Of a stretch of DNA of 61,958 nt, positions 30,973-41,267 are shown in pieces (position 1 is the stretch's first letter; each line of letters opens with the position of its first letter). The DNA is from a virus. Taxonomy: Duplodnaviria; Caudoviricetes. Location: the IMG/VR virus record IMGVR_UViG_3300015050_000522, positions 1-61,958 of that record. One strand, written 5' to 3'. The notes below the pieces were generated by a model. It was not told where the DNA came from. It saw only the letters and a program-made list of their open reading frames with translations, and searched no databases. Both the position numbers and the translations under genes were made by a program.

Positions 30973-32577
30973 ATGAACCTCGTCAAAGCACAAGAGTTAG
31001 CCAAAGACCTTTCAATTCAAGAATTGCAAAAGTACGCTAACGGTTTTAACCCTGCAATGATGCCGCCCTACATTGCGCTTGGTGCTTTGCAGGCAAAAGA
31101 AGCAATGCAGAAAAAGATGGCTGCACTTCAAGGTGGCGCTCAGGGTGAACAACCTAGTGTCAAAGAACAGATTGAGCAAAAAGCTGGACTGATGGCGCTG
31201 CAACAGCAACAGCAAAATCAAGCTCAGCAGCAGATGGCACAGCAGGCTCAGAAGATGCCTATGCCAGCACCTGAAGGTATACCAGAGCCTGTAGCCCAGC
31301 CAGAACCAGAGCAGTCTATGGATGCTCCTATGGGCATGGCTCAAGGCGGAATTACACGGTTGCCTGTGCAGTTCAACTTTGACGAAGGCGGGATTATTGG
31401 CTACGCTGAAGGCGAACTAGTTGAAGACCCTCAAGTTAGTGCGGCAAAAGAAGCGGCTATTCGTTACTCTGGTCGTCCGATGTCTACTGAACAAGTCGAA
31501 AGGCTTAAAGCTTTAATAGAAAGCCGAAAAAGAGAAAGGGCTATGGGCGAGGCTTCTGCCGCAAGAGGTGATATGTATCCTCCAACCATGAGACAAGCAG
31601 AAGCAGAACCCGTGCCTGAAGTACAGCCTATGGCAGAACAGCTCAGCCCATCAGATAAGGCTTTGCGCTCTGCTCCTGCTGGTTTGGCTGGAGCTATACA
31701 AAAACCGCCAGTTGATAAAGTAGCCTCACTTCTGCAAGCACCCAAACCCGCTGGACTGCCTTTAGCAGCGGCTCCAGCAGAACCAGCAGCAATGAATATG
31801 TCTCCCAATCAAGACCAATTGATTGCAGAAGAGGCTGCTCGTCGCAAAGCATTTGGCATTACTGGTGAAGCTGGTGCTGGTGCTGAAGGACGGATGGCTG
31901 CACGCCGCGCCCAGTACGAAGCTGCAAAACCGTCTGGTTTAGATGACCTGATTCGTGTATTTGGACAGGCCGGACAGTACAAAGGATTAAGTGGCCTTGG
32001 CCCCGCTTACACTTCAAATGAAGACCGTAAACGCGCACAACAGGCTGCGTTTGAAGCTCAAATGGAAGAGCAACAAACTGGAATTGAAAGCGCACGCCGC
32101 GCTGAAGGTGCAAGTCGAGCCGGAACAATTGGCACTGAACTTGGCAAATCCCGTGAGTTGGCGCAAAAAGAGAAAGAAGCACGCGAACGGAATCTTACGC
32201 TGGTTGAAGTTGCAAATATTCAAGCTGCAACAGCTAGTCGTCCGGGTGAAACAGAACGGATGATGGCAGAATACAGTCGCCTTAAAGCATCAAATCCTAC
32301 CGCTGCTGAGCAATATATGCAAAATATTATGCGTATTAAGTCTGGCGTGTCTGGTGATCGACAGGATTTGGCAGAGTTGAAAAATCTTCAGGCTTACTAT
32401 AAAGATAGACTAGATTTAGTCAAAGGCGCTACTGTAAGCAAAGAAGATAAAGCTGATGCAGCAAAGAAGTTAAACGAAATTAACAATAAGATTGCTTCAA
32501 TGGCTGGCATTGGTGGAGCTACCAATCCAACTGCTACACGTATAAAATTTGACGCTGCGGGTAATCCGATTAAATAA
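30973..32577 (+). CDS. Putative internal virion/ejection protein
   Basis: MAQGG and FDEGG motifs; ends RIKFDAAGNPIK. Confidence 0.7.
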   Translation: MNLVKAQELAKDLSIQELQKYANGFNPAMMPPYIALGALQAKEAMQKKMAALQGGAQGEQPSVKEQIEQKAGLMALQQQQQNQAQQQMAQQAQKMPMPAPEGIPEPVAQPEPEQSMDAPMGMAQGGITRLPVQFNFDEGGIIGYAEGELVEDPQVSAAKEAAIRYSGRPMSTEQVERLKALIESRKRERAMGEASAARGDMYPPTMRQAEAEPVPEVQPMAEQLSPSDKALRSAPAGLAGAIQKPPVDKVASLLQAPKPAGLPLAAAPAEPAAMNMSPNQDQLIAEEAARRKAFGITGEAGAGAEGRMAARRAQYEAAKPSGLDDLIRVFGQAGQYKGLSGLGPAYTSNEDRKRAQQAAFEAQMEEQQTGIESARRAEGASRAGTIGTELGKSRELAQKEKEARERNLTLVEVANIQAATASRPGETERMMAEYSRLKASNPTAAEQYMQNIMRIKSGVSGDRQDLAELKNLQAYYKDRLDLVKGATVSKEDKADAAKKLNEINNKIASMAGIGGATNPTATRIKFDAAGNPIK

Positions 32578-32585
32578 GGAAATGT

Positions 32586-35500
32586 ATGACGATAGAAGCA
32601 GAATTGGCCGATGGAAGGATTCTTGAGTTTCCAGACGGCACTGATCCAAGCGTCATACAAGCTACCGTCAAGAGAATGATTACCCCCGTTCCATCAAAGG
32701 AGCGGACATATGGCGAAGCGATTAAAGATATAGGCGCTGGAGCGGTTTCCGGTGTTGGTTCGCTCGTTCAAGTTCCGGGTCAGATATATGGTTTGGCTAC
32801 TGGAAACATGGATAACACTGGCACTCTTGGTGCTGGCAAAGCTATATCCGAGTACGGCGAAGCAATGAAGTCTGAGGGTTTAAAAGCTCGTGAAGCTGAA
32901 CGCGCTCAGAAAATTGCTGAGTCGGCTAAAGAAGGTCAGATTCCCGCTTTCAAAACTGCATTGGCTGAAACCGTTAAAGACCCCGGCCTACTGTTTAGTT
33001 TCATTGCTGAGCAAGCCCCTCAACTATTAATTCCTTTTGGTGCTGGTCGTGCAGGTTCTCTTGTGGCTCGTGTTGGTGGTGCTGGCGCAGAAGCTGCTGG
33101 CATTGCTGGTACTAGGGCCGCTGTTGGTGCTGGTGTTGTTCAACAGGGTGCAGATGTTGGTGCTGGCGCATATGAAAACATTTATAAAGAACTGAAAACA
33201 AAAGGCGCAGGTGATGCGGAGGCTGCTGAAGGTACGCTTAATTTAGCTCGTGCTGCTGGCGCAAGCGGTGCTTTAATTTCCTTTTTGACGAACAAGCTCC
33301 CCGGAGCGCAGATGCTAGAGAAAACACTAGCTGGTGTGCCGGGTACTGGTTCTCGTCTTGCTATGGGCGCAAAAACATTGGCTGGTGAAATTGCCAGTGA
33401 AGTGCCTGAAGAAGTCGGCGGGAAGATGTCTCAAAACTTGGCGATGAAAGAAGTCAAGCCAGAGCAATCAATTATGGAAGGTACTGGAGAGACAGCAGCT
33501 ATGGCTGCTCTTGGTGCTGGTGCATTAGGTGGGGTAACTGGGTTAGCTAGTGGTCGTAGCGCACCGGAAACTCCTGTGCCGCCTGCTGAGCCTGTACCGA
33601 AAGTACCTGCTGCACCTGCCTTGCCAGAATTGCCAGCACTGCCAAAAGCTAATGAGTTTAGTAAGCTGCCGCTATTGGGTGCGCCAAACGAAGTGCCACA
33701 ACTCGGCAAACCTACTGAGCCAGAAGCGCCCGTACCTGAAACGCCAGTACCAGAGACTCCTGCGCCGGATATGGGAATTCCCATAACGCCTGCTGCACCG
33801 CCAGTTTCTAAATTTACACCTGAAGAAGAGGCGGCTTTAGCAGACTACACGAATGGTTTGCCTGCTGAATCAGCTAACGTACTTGACGTTTTACAAAACC
33901 GTGACCGCGCTACACCTGCGTCTATCGGTCAGATGCTGAACATTAAAACCACGCCTGACTATGGGCGGTTGAAGTCTTCACCTGATTTCTCAAATGGCGC
34001 TCCTGTCGTTATGAGTGATGTGCAACTACCCAGCGAAAATATGGGTGTGACTGAATTGGTGACTGCTACTGATGGTAGAAAGATACCAGTTCAATATGCT
34101 GTCATTGATGCAAACGATGTATTTACTTCACACGATACCAATGGTAGCCCTCTGCCAGACTATGCCGATGCCAGCAAACAAGGCGTTCGAGCAGTAGCTG
34201 GCAATGGTCGCGTTGCGGGATTGCAGGCTTCTTATGTAAACGGTACAGCGTCTAAATACAGCAATGCGCTTTCTGGTGATACGCAGCACGGCATTTCGCC
34301 TGAAGCCATTGCAAAGATACAGAATCCAATTCTTGTACGTATCATGCCAAAAGCATACGTTACCAAAGACATTGGTGATGTATCTAATGCGCCTGCTGGT
34401 CTTGACTTCAACCCCGTTGAAAAAGCTAAGAACGATGCAAACAGGTTTGATTTAAGTGGCTTGAGCTTTGTTGAAAATGCAGACGGCTCACTGTCAATCA
34501 ACGATGCTACAGCCATGCAGTTTGTTCTATCAATGCCAAAGAACGAGCAGGCCGGGATGTTGGACGGTAAAGGCAGACCAAATTCAGTGGCAATGACGCG
34601 CCTGAATAATGCTATCTTTCATAAGGCTTACAACAGCGACACGCTGATTAACTTGTTTGCCTCGGCTACAGACCCTGAAGCACGCTTGATACTGACGGCT
34701 ATGCAAAAAGCAGCTCCCGGTATGGCTAAGCTAGATGGTGCTGGTGAATATGACATCCGAAAAAATGTGATTGATGCGGCTGAGCTTGCGGTAAATGCTA
34801 GGCGCGACAACATTTCACTGAAGAAATATGTTCAGCAAGGAATGATTGGAGTTGATCCAAACACCTTGGCGGCTCTAGAAATGTTTGCGGAGCATGGGCG
34901 CTCTGGTGTTCGCATGGGCAAGATTCTGAGTGAGCTTGCTGACAATGCGTATAAGCAGTCGCAGTCTGGCGAAGATATGTTTGGAGCTGTTCCAAAGACA
35001 CCAGTGAGTGATTTGTTCAAGTTTCCAAAGAATGAGAAGCCCGAAGAGGATACTGTTCCGCCACCAGTAAAGCCTGCTACGCCACCGCCGCCTGCTCCCC
35101 CTCCAACTAAGCCGCCAACGCCGCCAAAACCTCCTGTGCCGCCTACAAAGCCGCAGGAGCCTACGGACTTTGTTGGCAATAAGTCAATGGAGCAAATTGC
35201 TAAGGAGCTTCAAGGGTTGACGATTCCACAAGCCGCTCAGTGGGCGGTAGACAACGCGCCCAATAGTGCAGCTAAAGAAATTGCAACTAAAGTTTTGGCT
35301 CGTTTAAAAGAGTTTGATGCAAAAGGTTTGCTGCCAAACAAAATCTTAATTTTGAATGATGGGCGACGAAATACAAAAGGTGTTCGTGGTGCAGTAAAAA
35401 CTACGTATCGTGCATATAGCGGCGTTGCAATTACTATGCAACTTAATGGTTTGCTTAAAGGCAAAGCAGATAGTCTTACGGGTACAAGATACATTACAGT

Positions 35501-38500
35501 TTTGCATGAACTGACACATGCTGCAACTGCATTACAAATTAGCAATTCGCCAAATAGCAAAGCTGTTAACGACCTTAAAGTTTTATACAAGAAAGTTAAA
35601 GCGCAAATTGAAGCCGACATAAAAGCAGGGAAAAAAGATAAAATTTTGAGCCGAATTTCTCTTGGCGCAAACACAATTCAAAATGAACATGAGTTGTTGG
35701 CTTGGGGTTTTACAGAACCTGCATTCCATGAATACCTAGCGACAATAAAAATTGGTGATACGAATGCGCTTGGTCGGCTTGTCACCATCGTTAGAAACCT
35801 GCTTGGTCTAAACCAAAAATATGAAACTGCCCTTGAAGGTGTTATGCGTATTGGTGAAGACCTGCTTACCACGCCATTAGCTCAGCTTGAAAATGAATTA
35901 AATTCAAACATTGCATTGCGCCGAATGAAGCAGCAGGAGGGCAAAACAGATGATGTTGTTGAATCGGTTTCAGAAAGCAACATAGGAGAAATGGCTGAGA
36001 AGGCCACTGCTGCCGTCAGCCAAGCTATGCAGAAGCGCAAGCCCATTGCCAAAGAAGCTCTGACGGATGTTAACCCAGACTATGTGAATGCACTTGGCAA
36101 AGTCTTCAATCCGCAAAGCGACACGTTCATTGATAAAGTAGCTTCAATGAAAGACGGCTTCTGGCGGCGTGCTGCACAGGGTATAGCTGACCAGTACCGT
36201 ACCATCAAAGACTACTCTGAAGAGTCGTATATGTTGGCGCGTATGTCAAAAACCATTGACGGCGCACTGGAAGGATTGCTGTTCCACGGTCACGTTAAAG
36301 ATGACGGCGGCGCTTTGAACATTGATACGAGCAAAAAGGGTTTGTTGGATGTGCTGAAACCAGTTGGTCAGGAGACAGACCGCTACATGATGTGGATTGC
36401 CTTGAACCGTGAGGCGCGTCTACCCCTTGATAAGCGTTCGCCAACGATGGCTGATTTGCTGGCTGACAGAAACTCTTTGGCTGAAGGCAACCTTAATGGT
36501 AAGTCACGCCTAGAGGTTTATCGTCAAGTTCAAAAGGACATGAACGCCATCAATAAGTCTGTCCTTGATATTGCCTTGCAAAAAGGTTTGATTAATTCGT
36601 CTGAGAAAGACATTGCAGCGCTGCGAGAGCGTACTGATTTAAGTCCAAAGGAAATATCAGACCGCATTGCTGAGCTTGAAAGAAATCCGGGTGCTTATGA
36701 ACGGTTCTCTAGAGACATCTTCTATGTGCCCTTTTACAGGCAAATGGAAAGCGGTGACCTACAAGGTGCATCCACTGCTTCTGGGTTGACCAGCCAAGAG
36801 TTTAGTAAGCAACTGGAGGGTAAGAACGACAAGCCCTTTGGTGACTTGATGGAAAATACGCTGCGGAACTGGTCGCATATCTTGTCTGCGTCAATGAAGA
36901 ATGCTGCGTCAAATTCCACGCTTAATGCCGCCATGAAAATGGATGCTGCCATTCCAAACCTCAAGCCTCAGTATGCTTGGCAAGATGGTCAGGTAGTTTC
37001 AGCCAAGACTGGCGAAGTGGTTGGTGATGGCAGCTTGCAGTTTGGTCAGACTAAATCTGGCAAGGGCGCAGTCAAGACAATGGTGAATGGTTCACCTGCG
37101 TACTTTGAAGTGCTTGACCCTATGCTGCTTGATTCCATTTCAGCCATTGGATACACCGGGCCAAAGTCTAAATTCCTTGATGTCTCCCGTGACTTCAAAA
37201 ACATGCTTCAGTTTGGCGTTACGCTGGCTCCCGGTTTTAAGGTGCGAAACTTAATCCGTGACTCCATTTCTGCCATAGCTGTATCTGGACTAAAGAAGAA
37301 CCCAGTTGCCAACGTGATTGAAGGTTTGTCTATTTCCAACAAAGACAGCCCCATGTACATATCTGCACTGGCTGGTGGCGGTATCTTTAATTTTGGCTCT
37401 ACTTACGAGGGAGATCAGGCAAAACTGGTTAAGCGTCTTCTCGAAAAGGGTGTTAAGCCAAATGAAATTTTGGACACACCAGACAAGATTAAAGCTGGAT
37501 TACGGGCGGCATATGACGCTTATCAGGAACTTGGCAATAAGTCTGAAGCTGCTAACCGTCTGGCGCTTTATAAGCAGATGCGCGACAAAGGTATGAGTCA
37601 CCTTGAGGCTACGTTCTATGCCCGTGACTTGCTTGATTTCTCTATGCAAGGTTCGTGGCCTGCTTTCCGCCTGCTTACTCAGGTCGTGCCGTTTATGAAT
37701 GCACGTATCCAAGGCTTGTACAAGCTAGGTCGTGATGGTATCTTACCTACCGCTAGGGTTGTATATAACACAGCAACAGGCAAAGAGATTGAAGGAAGCG
37801 ATAGGCAAAAGGCACAAGCATTCAGTATTGTTACATCTGCTGTTGCACTAGCTTCATTGGCGTTGTACTTCGCCTTTAAAGATGATGAAGACTTTAAAGC
37901 CCGTGACGAGTGGGATAGGGATAACTTCTGGTGGTTCAAACTGCCGGGTATGGATGCAGCTTTCCGCATTCCCAAGCCATTTGAGATTGGTGCATTTGGA
38001 ACATTGGCAGAGCGTGTAGCTGAACAAATCTTTGACCAAGGTGCAGAGGGTAAACAGATTGAAGACAGCATGAAACGTATGATTTCCGATACGTTCTCGC
38101 TTAATCCAATACCGCAAATCATAAAGCCAATGGTTGATTTGTACGCCAATAAGGATAGCTTTTCTGGTGCGCCAATTGAGTCAGCGGGTATGGAGCGCTT
38201 GTCAAAGCAGGAGCGCATTACTGATAACACAAGTCCTCTGGCTATCTTGCTGGGCGGTATTGCTAACGTTGCCTTGCCAGAAAGCACTGAAATGTCGCCC
38301 GTCCAAGTGGACTACGCAATCAAAGCGTACTTTGGCTGGCTAGGCGGCTCTGCATCGTTTATGTCTCACTATGCTACCCTGCCATTTAAAGATGGGGCTA
38401 AGCCAGATAACAACTGGTCTGAAACTATGAGTATGGGTTTTATTAAAGACCTTCCCTCAAATCAGTCCAAGTACGTCACTGCTTTCTACGAACACTCCAA

Positions 38501-38792
38501 GGAAATTAATCAGGCGTATGCTGATATGCGCCACTTTGCTGAGATTGGTGACGCTGCAAAGGTAGAGAAAATCATCACCGAAAAGGGTGAATTGATTGCG
38601 ATGGAGAAGTTCTACGACAAAACGGCAAAAGACTTGGCACAGATCCGGGTAGCCATTCGCGTGATTACCAATGACAAAGAAAAGCCGGGTGACCAAAAAA
38701 GTGAAGAGATTGGCCGCCTAAAGATTCTTCTTGGGCTTATTACTGAACAAGCTGAAAATATCCGCAAGGAAGTTAAACGGAACAAAACTTAA
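32586..38792 (+). CDS. Large polyvalent ejection protein (DdrB-type ParB-like domain, HExxH metallopeptidase, LPD38-like C-terminus)
   Basis: LQNRDR...GAPVV...AGNGR; VLHELTHAAT...NEHE; WFKLPG...RIPKPFEIG. Confidence 0.75.
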   Translation: MTIEAELADGRILEFPDGTDPSVIQATVKRMITPVPSKERTYGEAIKDIGAGAVSGVGSLVQVPGQIYGLATGNMDNTGTLGAGKAISEYGEAMKSEGLKAREAERAQKIAESAKEGQIPAFKTALAETVKDPGLLFSFIAEQAPQLLIPFGAGRAGSLVARVGGAGAEAAGIAGTRAAVGAGVVQQGADVGAGAYENIYKELKTKGAGDAEAAEGTLNLARAAGASGALISFLTNKLPGAQMLEKTLAGVPGTGSRLAMGAKTLAGEIASEVPEEVGGKMSQNLAMKEVKPEQSIMEGTGETAAMAALGAGALGGVTGLASGRSAPETPVPPAEPVPKVPAAPALPELPALPKANEFSKLPLLGAPNEVPQLGKPTEPEAPVPETPVPETPAPDMGIPITPAAPPVSKFTPEEEAALADYTNGLPAESANVLDVLQNRDRATPASIGQMLNIKTTPDYGRLKSSPDFSNGAPVVMSDVQLPSENMGVTELVTATDGRKIPVQYAVIDANDVFTSHDTNGSPLPDYADASKQGVRAVAGNGRVAGLQASYVNGTASKYSNALSGDTQHGISPEAIAKIQNPILVRIMPKAYVTKDIGDVSNAPAGLDFNPVEKAKNDANRFDLSGLSFVENADGSLSINDATAMQFVLSMPKNEQAGMLDGKGRPNSVAMTRLNNAIFHKAYNSDTLINLFASATDPEARLILTAMQKAAPGMAKLDGAGEYDIRKNVIDAAELAVNARRDNISLKKYVQQGMIGVDPNTLAALEMFAEHGRSGVRMGKILSELADNAYKQSQSGEDMFGAVPKTPVSDLFKFPKNEKPEEDTVPPPVKPATPPPPAPPPTKPPTPPKPPVPPTKPQEPTDFVGNKSMEQIAKELQGLTIPQAAQWAVDNAPNSAAKEIATKVLARLKEFDAKGLLPNKILILNDGRRNTKGVRGAVKTTYRAYSGVAITMQLNGLLKGKADSLTGTRYITVLHELTHAATALQISNSPNSKAVNDLKVLYKKVKAQIEADIKAGKKDKILSRISLGANTIQNEHELLAWGFTEPAFHEYLATIKIGDTNALGRLVTIVRNLLGLNQKYETALEGVMRIGEDLLTTPLAQLENELNSNIALRRMKQQEGKTDDVVESVSESNIGEMAEKATAAVSQAMQKRKPIAKEALTDVNPDYVNALGKVFNPQSDTFIDKVASMKDGFWRRAAQGIADQYRTIKDYSEESYMLARMSKTIDGALEGLLFHGHVKDDGGALNIDTSKKGLLDVLKPVGQETDRYMMWIALNREARLPLDKRSPTMADLLADRNSLAEGNLNGKSRLEVYRQVQKDMNAINKSVLDIALQKGLINSSEKDIAALRERTDLSPKEISDRIAELERNPGAYERFSRDIFYVPFYRQMESGDLQGASTASGLTSQEFSKQLEGKNDKPFGDLMENTLRNWSHILSASMKNAASNSTLNAAMKMDAAIPNLKPQYAWQDGQVVSAKTGEVVGDGSLQFGQTKSGKGAVKTMVNGSPAYFEVLDPMLLDSISAIGYTGPKSKFLDVSRDFKNMLQFGVTLAPGFKVRNLIRDSISAIAVSGLKKNPVANVIEGLSISNKDSPMYISALAGGGIFNFGSTYEGDQAKLVKRLLEKGVKPNEILDTPDKIKAGLRAAYDAYQELGNKSEAANRLALYKQMRDKGMSHLEATFYARDLLDFSMQGSWPAFRLLTQVVPFMNARIQGLYKLGRDGILPTARVVYNTATGKEIEGSDRQKAQAFSIVTSAVALASLALYFAFKDDEDFKARDEWDRDNFWWFKLPGMDAAFRIPKPFEIGAFGTLAERVAEQIFDQGAEGKQIEDSMKRMISDTFSLNPIPQIIKPMVDLYANKDSFSGAPIESAGMERLSKQERITDNTSPLAILLGGIANVALPESTEMSPVQVDYAIKAYFGWLGGSASFMSHYATLPFKDGAKPDNNWSETMSMGFIKDLPSNQSKYVTAFYEHSKEINQAYADMRHFAEIGDAAKVEKIITEKGELIAMEKFYDKTAKDLAQIRVAIRVITNDKEKPGDQKSEEIGRLKILLGLITEQAENIRKEVKRNKT

Positions 38793-38793
38793 G

Positions 38794-38817
38794 AGGGGGG
38801 TAACTAGTTACCCCCCT
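38794..38817. repeat. Perfect 24-bp palindrome between convergent operons
   Basis: AGGGGGGTAACTAGTTACCCCCCT; the 18-bp core recurs at 60123. Confidence 0.9.
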
Positions 38818-38827
38818 AACTAAAGTA

Positions 38828-39130
38828 TTACTTTGCATTAATTAATTCAAGACACTCAGACAGTAATTCAGATTGTTTCCCGTAGGCTTGCTCAAACCGT
38901 GCCTTCCAAGGGTGAACAGCCACCAACCCCGGTATGCCTGTACCGTCTTGGTGGTGACCAGCACAAAGCGGCAAAACCTTTTGGTGTGCTCCCGGTTTAG
39001 TTCTGCCGTCAATGTGATGGATGCTGACTTGATGGTTGGTGTTTCCATCTTTCCAGCAAGCAATACAACCAAGCTGCGCCATAGCATTCCATAAATGCTT
39101 ATCGCCTTTGCTTGGGGTTGTACCTTTCAT
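38828..39130 (-). CDS. ref: Ref-like RecA-dependent HNH nuclease
   Basis: GCIAC...IHHIDGRTKPGAH..VLPLCAGHHQ. Confidence 0.82.
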   Translation of the reverse strand: MKGTTPSKGDKHLWNAMAQLGCIACWKDGNTNHQVSIHHIDGRTKPGAHQKVLPLCAGHHQDGTGIPGLVAVHPWKARFEQAYGKQSELLSECLELINAK

Positions 39131-39291
39131 TTGTCAGGGTTGTTTTTAGTCCAAGTCAAAGTATCGTACAAAGAGTCAATTGCTTCATAAATCTCATCTT
39201 TAATACCTTCATGGCGCTTATGTAACAGCTTGTCCTCAATTGAACGTAGCAGTTTTTCAACGTTGATTAGGTGGGTTGACCAGTCGTTCAT
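39127..39291 (-). CDS. Small hypothetical protein (54 aa)
   Basis: MNDWSTHL...; ATGA overlaps at both ends. Confidence 0.6.
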   Translation of the reverse strand: MNDWSTHLINVEKLLRSIEDKLLHKRHEGIKDEIYEAIDSLYDTLTWTKNNPDK

Positions 39292-39449
39292 TTGTTTCGT
39301 GCCTCTATAAGTTTGTCTGCCAGTTCATATACATGATCGCCAAATTCATCTGCCCACATTCCGACTTCGTTAATGAAACCGCGAACTAGGGCAATGGCAA
39401 ATTCATCGCGTAAACCAATTACGTCTTTCTCTTCTTTGTTTTCACTCAT
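39288..39449 (-). CDS. Small LRDxFA-family protein (53 aa)
   Basis: GLRDEFAIA...YELADKLIEAR. Confidence 0.65.
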   Translation of the reverse strand: MSENKEEKDVIGLRDEFAIALVRGFINEVGMWADEFGDHVYELADKLIEARNK

Positions 39450-39652
39450 AACATTCTCTTTTCTCGTTCTGCCAGCATAGCTTCAGCCCGGTCAAAGGCT
39501 TCTTTTGCTGATTGCGCTGGCGTTGACATGGTTGATGTAGATAAAGAAGCAAAGCCTGCAAACCAATCTAACATCGTAATTTCCTGAATTGAAGCGTACT
39601 CAGGTGTTTGTACAAGAGAGGATATACCTTCAGCCTTTCGTTTTGTTGCCAC
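39446..39652 (-). CDS. Small LRDxFA-family protein
   Basis: MLDWFAGFA...AFDRAEAMLAER. Confidence 0.68.
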   Translation of the reverse strand: MATKRKAEGISSLVQTPEYASIQEITMLDWFAGFASLSTSTMSTPAQSAKEAFDRAEAMLAEREKRML

Positions 39653-39953
39653 GGGGTTTACCTTTAATGTTTTGAACTACAAGCATGGGTAGAACTTGTT
39701 CCTGTAAATAATACGCAATGCTCTGGCCTTCAATGCCAAGCACCTTGCACCACTGGTCATCATGGAACACAGATATAACATCACGGATAGCTTTGTTATA
39801 GCCTGCATTAAAGGCATCATCGCCTTCAATAATCATAGTGATGGCATCACGGACTAAGCCGCTGGCTTTACGGTTTCCTGCTGCTTCCTTGAGCTTTGCG
39901 TGTATATGCTCTGGCAAATGCACAGAGTATGGGATTAAACGTTTTGCTTCCAT
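39630..39953 (-). CDS. Ribbon-helix-helix DNA-binding protein
   Basis: YSVHLPEHIHAKLK...SGLVRDAI; AGGAG RBS before MEAKR. Confidence 0.6.
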   Translation of the reverse strand: MEAKRLIPYSVHLPEHIHAKLKEAAGNRKASGLVRDAITMIIEGDDAFNAGYNKAIRDVISVFHDDQWCKVLGIEGQSIAYYLQEQVLPMLVVQNIKGKPRGNKTKG

Positions 39954-40363
39954 TGCATGAACTCCTGATAAATAAACCAAAACTGCTTGGCGGCTTCTCT
40001 GTTTTCTTTTAGCTCGGCGCGAGAAGAAATTTGTAGTTCTTCTCTAAGCCAGTCAGTTATGTCTGACTCTGTAAAAACATCAAACGTCTGGGCGGTATCA
40101 AACAAGAACCTGCCAAACTCTTTGTCTTTGCACAAGATTGCCGACATACGTACTGGATCGCGTGCGTACTCTTGATCGCGGTTCATGGGCGTGTCACCAT
40201 CTGACAGTCTTACCATGACTACCTGATAACGAGCTCCAACAAAGTCCTTCAACATTTCAGAAGGAGCTTCGTCGGGATGCACATTAAGGGTCAAGATAAA
40301 TCCTGACCGATCTTGCCGCATCGCAATCTTGATAGCTTCAAATTGCAATGTTTGCATGGTCAC
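39935..40363 (-). CDS. Conserved hypothetical protein
   Basis: QFEAIKIAMRQD...VGARYQVVMV...ISSRAEL. Confidence 0.75.
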   Translation of the reverse strand: MTMQTLQFEAIKIAMRQDRSGFILTLNVHPDEAPSEMLKDFVGARYQVVMVRLSDGDTPMNRDQEYARDPVRMSAILCKDKEFGRFLFDTAQTFDVFTESDITDWLREELQISSRAELKENREAAKQFWFIYQEFMQWKQNV

Positions 40364-40833
40364 TCATAAATTGCTTTGTTTTCTCTGTGCCATTGCTTGT
40401 GGCATTTCTCACAGAGCCAACGAACGTCCAAAGGTTTTGTATAGTCATCATGGTGTCCTTCAATTTTTACAGTAGAACTACAAAAAGAGCAGCAAGACGA
40501 TGGAATTAACTTTCCATCTCTCACGTAATTTCTAGTGATTATGTGAGCAGCATATTTCATTGGGTATCTTGCGTGATACGCGCTTATTGCTTTTTTCTTT
40601 GTCAGCTTGCCTGCTTCAGTTTTTGCATAATCTCTAATTGCTTGCAAACGATGCGGTTTTTTAGACCTCATTTTGTCGTAAGCTGTTACTTTCTCAAGAT
40701 TGTTTTGCCTATGCTTTATGACACGCAGTTTGACGCATTCAATACACTTGTTTAAGTGACCGTCTGCCATTTCCTTGTGAACATAAAACTCAGACAAAAG
40801 CTTTTCCTTTTGACACTCTCGGCATACCTTCAT
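40360..40833 (-). CDS. Free-standing HNH-like endonuclease
   Basis: CREC...CIEC; HHDDYTKPLDVRWLCEKCH. Confidence 0.82.
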   Translation of the reverse strand: MKVCRECQKEKLLSEFYVHKEMADGHLNKCIECVKLRVIKHRQNNLEKVTAYDKMRSKKPHRLQAIRDYAKTEAGKLTKKKAISAYHARYPMKYAAHIITRNYVRDGKLIPSSCCSFCSSTVKIEGHHDDYTKPLDVRWLCEKCHKQWHRENKAIYE

Positions 40834-40871
40834 GATTACTCCTTAAAACGGTATGCTTTGAGTATACCATT

Positions 40872-41267
40872 TTAGAATGGTACGTCATCCGAATCGTCAT
40901 CAAGAATTTCGTCAACCGTATGCTGCTTGGCTGGAGGTCGGTACTCTTCTGGCTCTGCTGATTCTTTGCGTCCACCCTGTAAGGCTACGTCATTCACACG
41001 AATCTTCATGGTCTTGCGCTTGTTGCCGTCTTTATCAGTCCATTCATTTTCAGAGATGGAACCAGATACTGCAACGGCTTGGCCTTTGGTCAAATACCGC
41101 GACAGTGAATCAGCACGCTTGCCCCACAGTTCACAGTTCCACCAGATAGTTCCCTTGTCGCGTCCGGCAGAATCAGCTACAGAAAAGGAAGCTACTGACT
41201 CTCCGTTGTTGAGTGATTTAAGTTCGCAATCACGGCCCAGAGTGCCTGCTATCGTTATTGAATTCAT
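40872..41267 (-). CDS. ssb: Single-stranded DNA-binding protein
   Basis: IAGTLGRD; WGKRA..LSRYLTKGQ.V.VSG; acidic tail DDVPF. Confidence 0.93.
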   Translation of the reverse strand: MNSITIAGTLGRDCELKSLNNGESVASFSVADSAGRDKGTIWWNCELWGKRADSLSRYLTKGQAVAVSGSISENEWTDKDGNKRKTMKIRVNDVALQGGRKESAEPEEYRPPAKQHTVDEILDDDSDDVPF

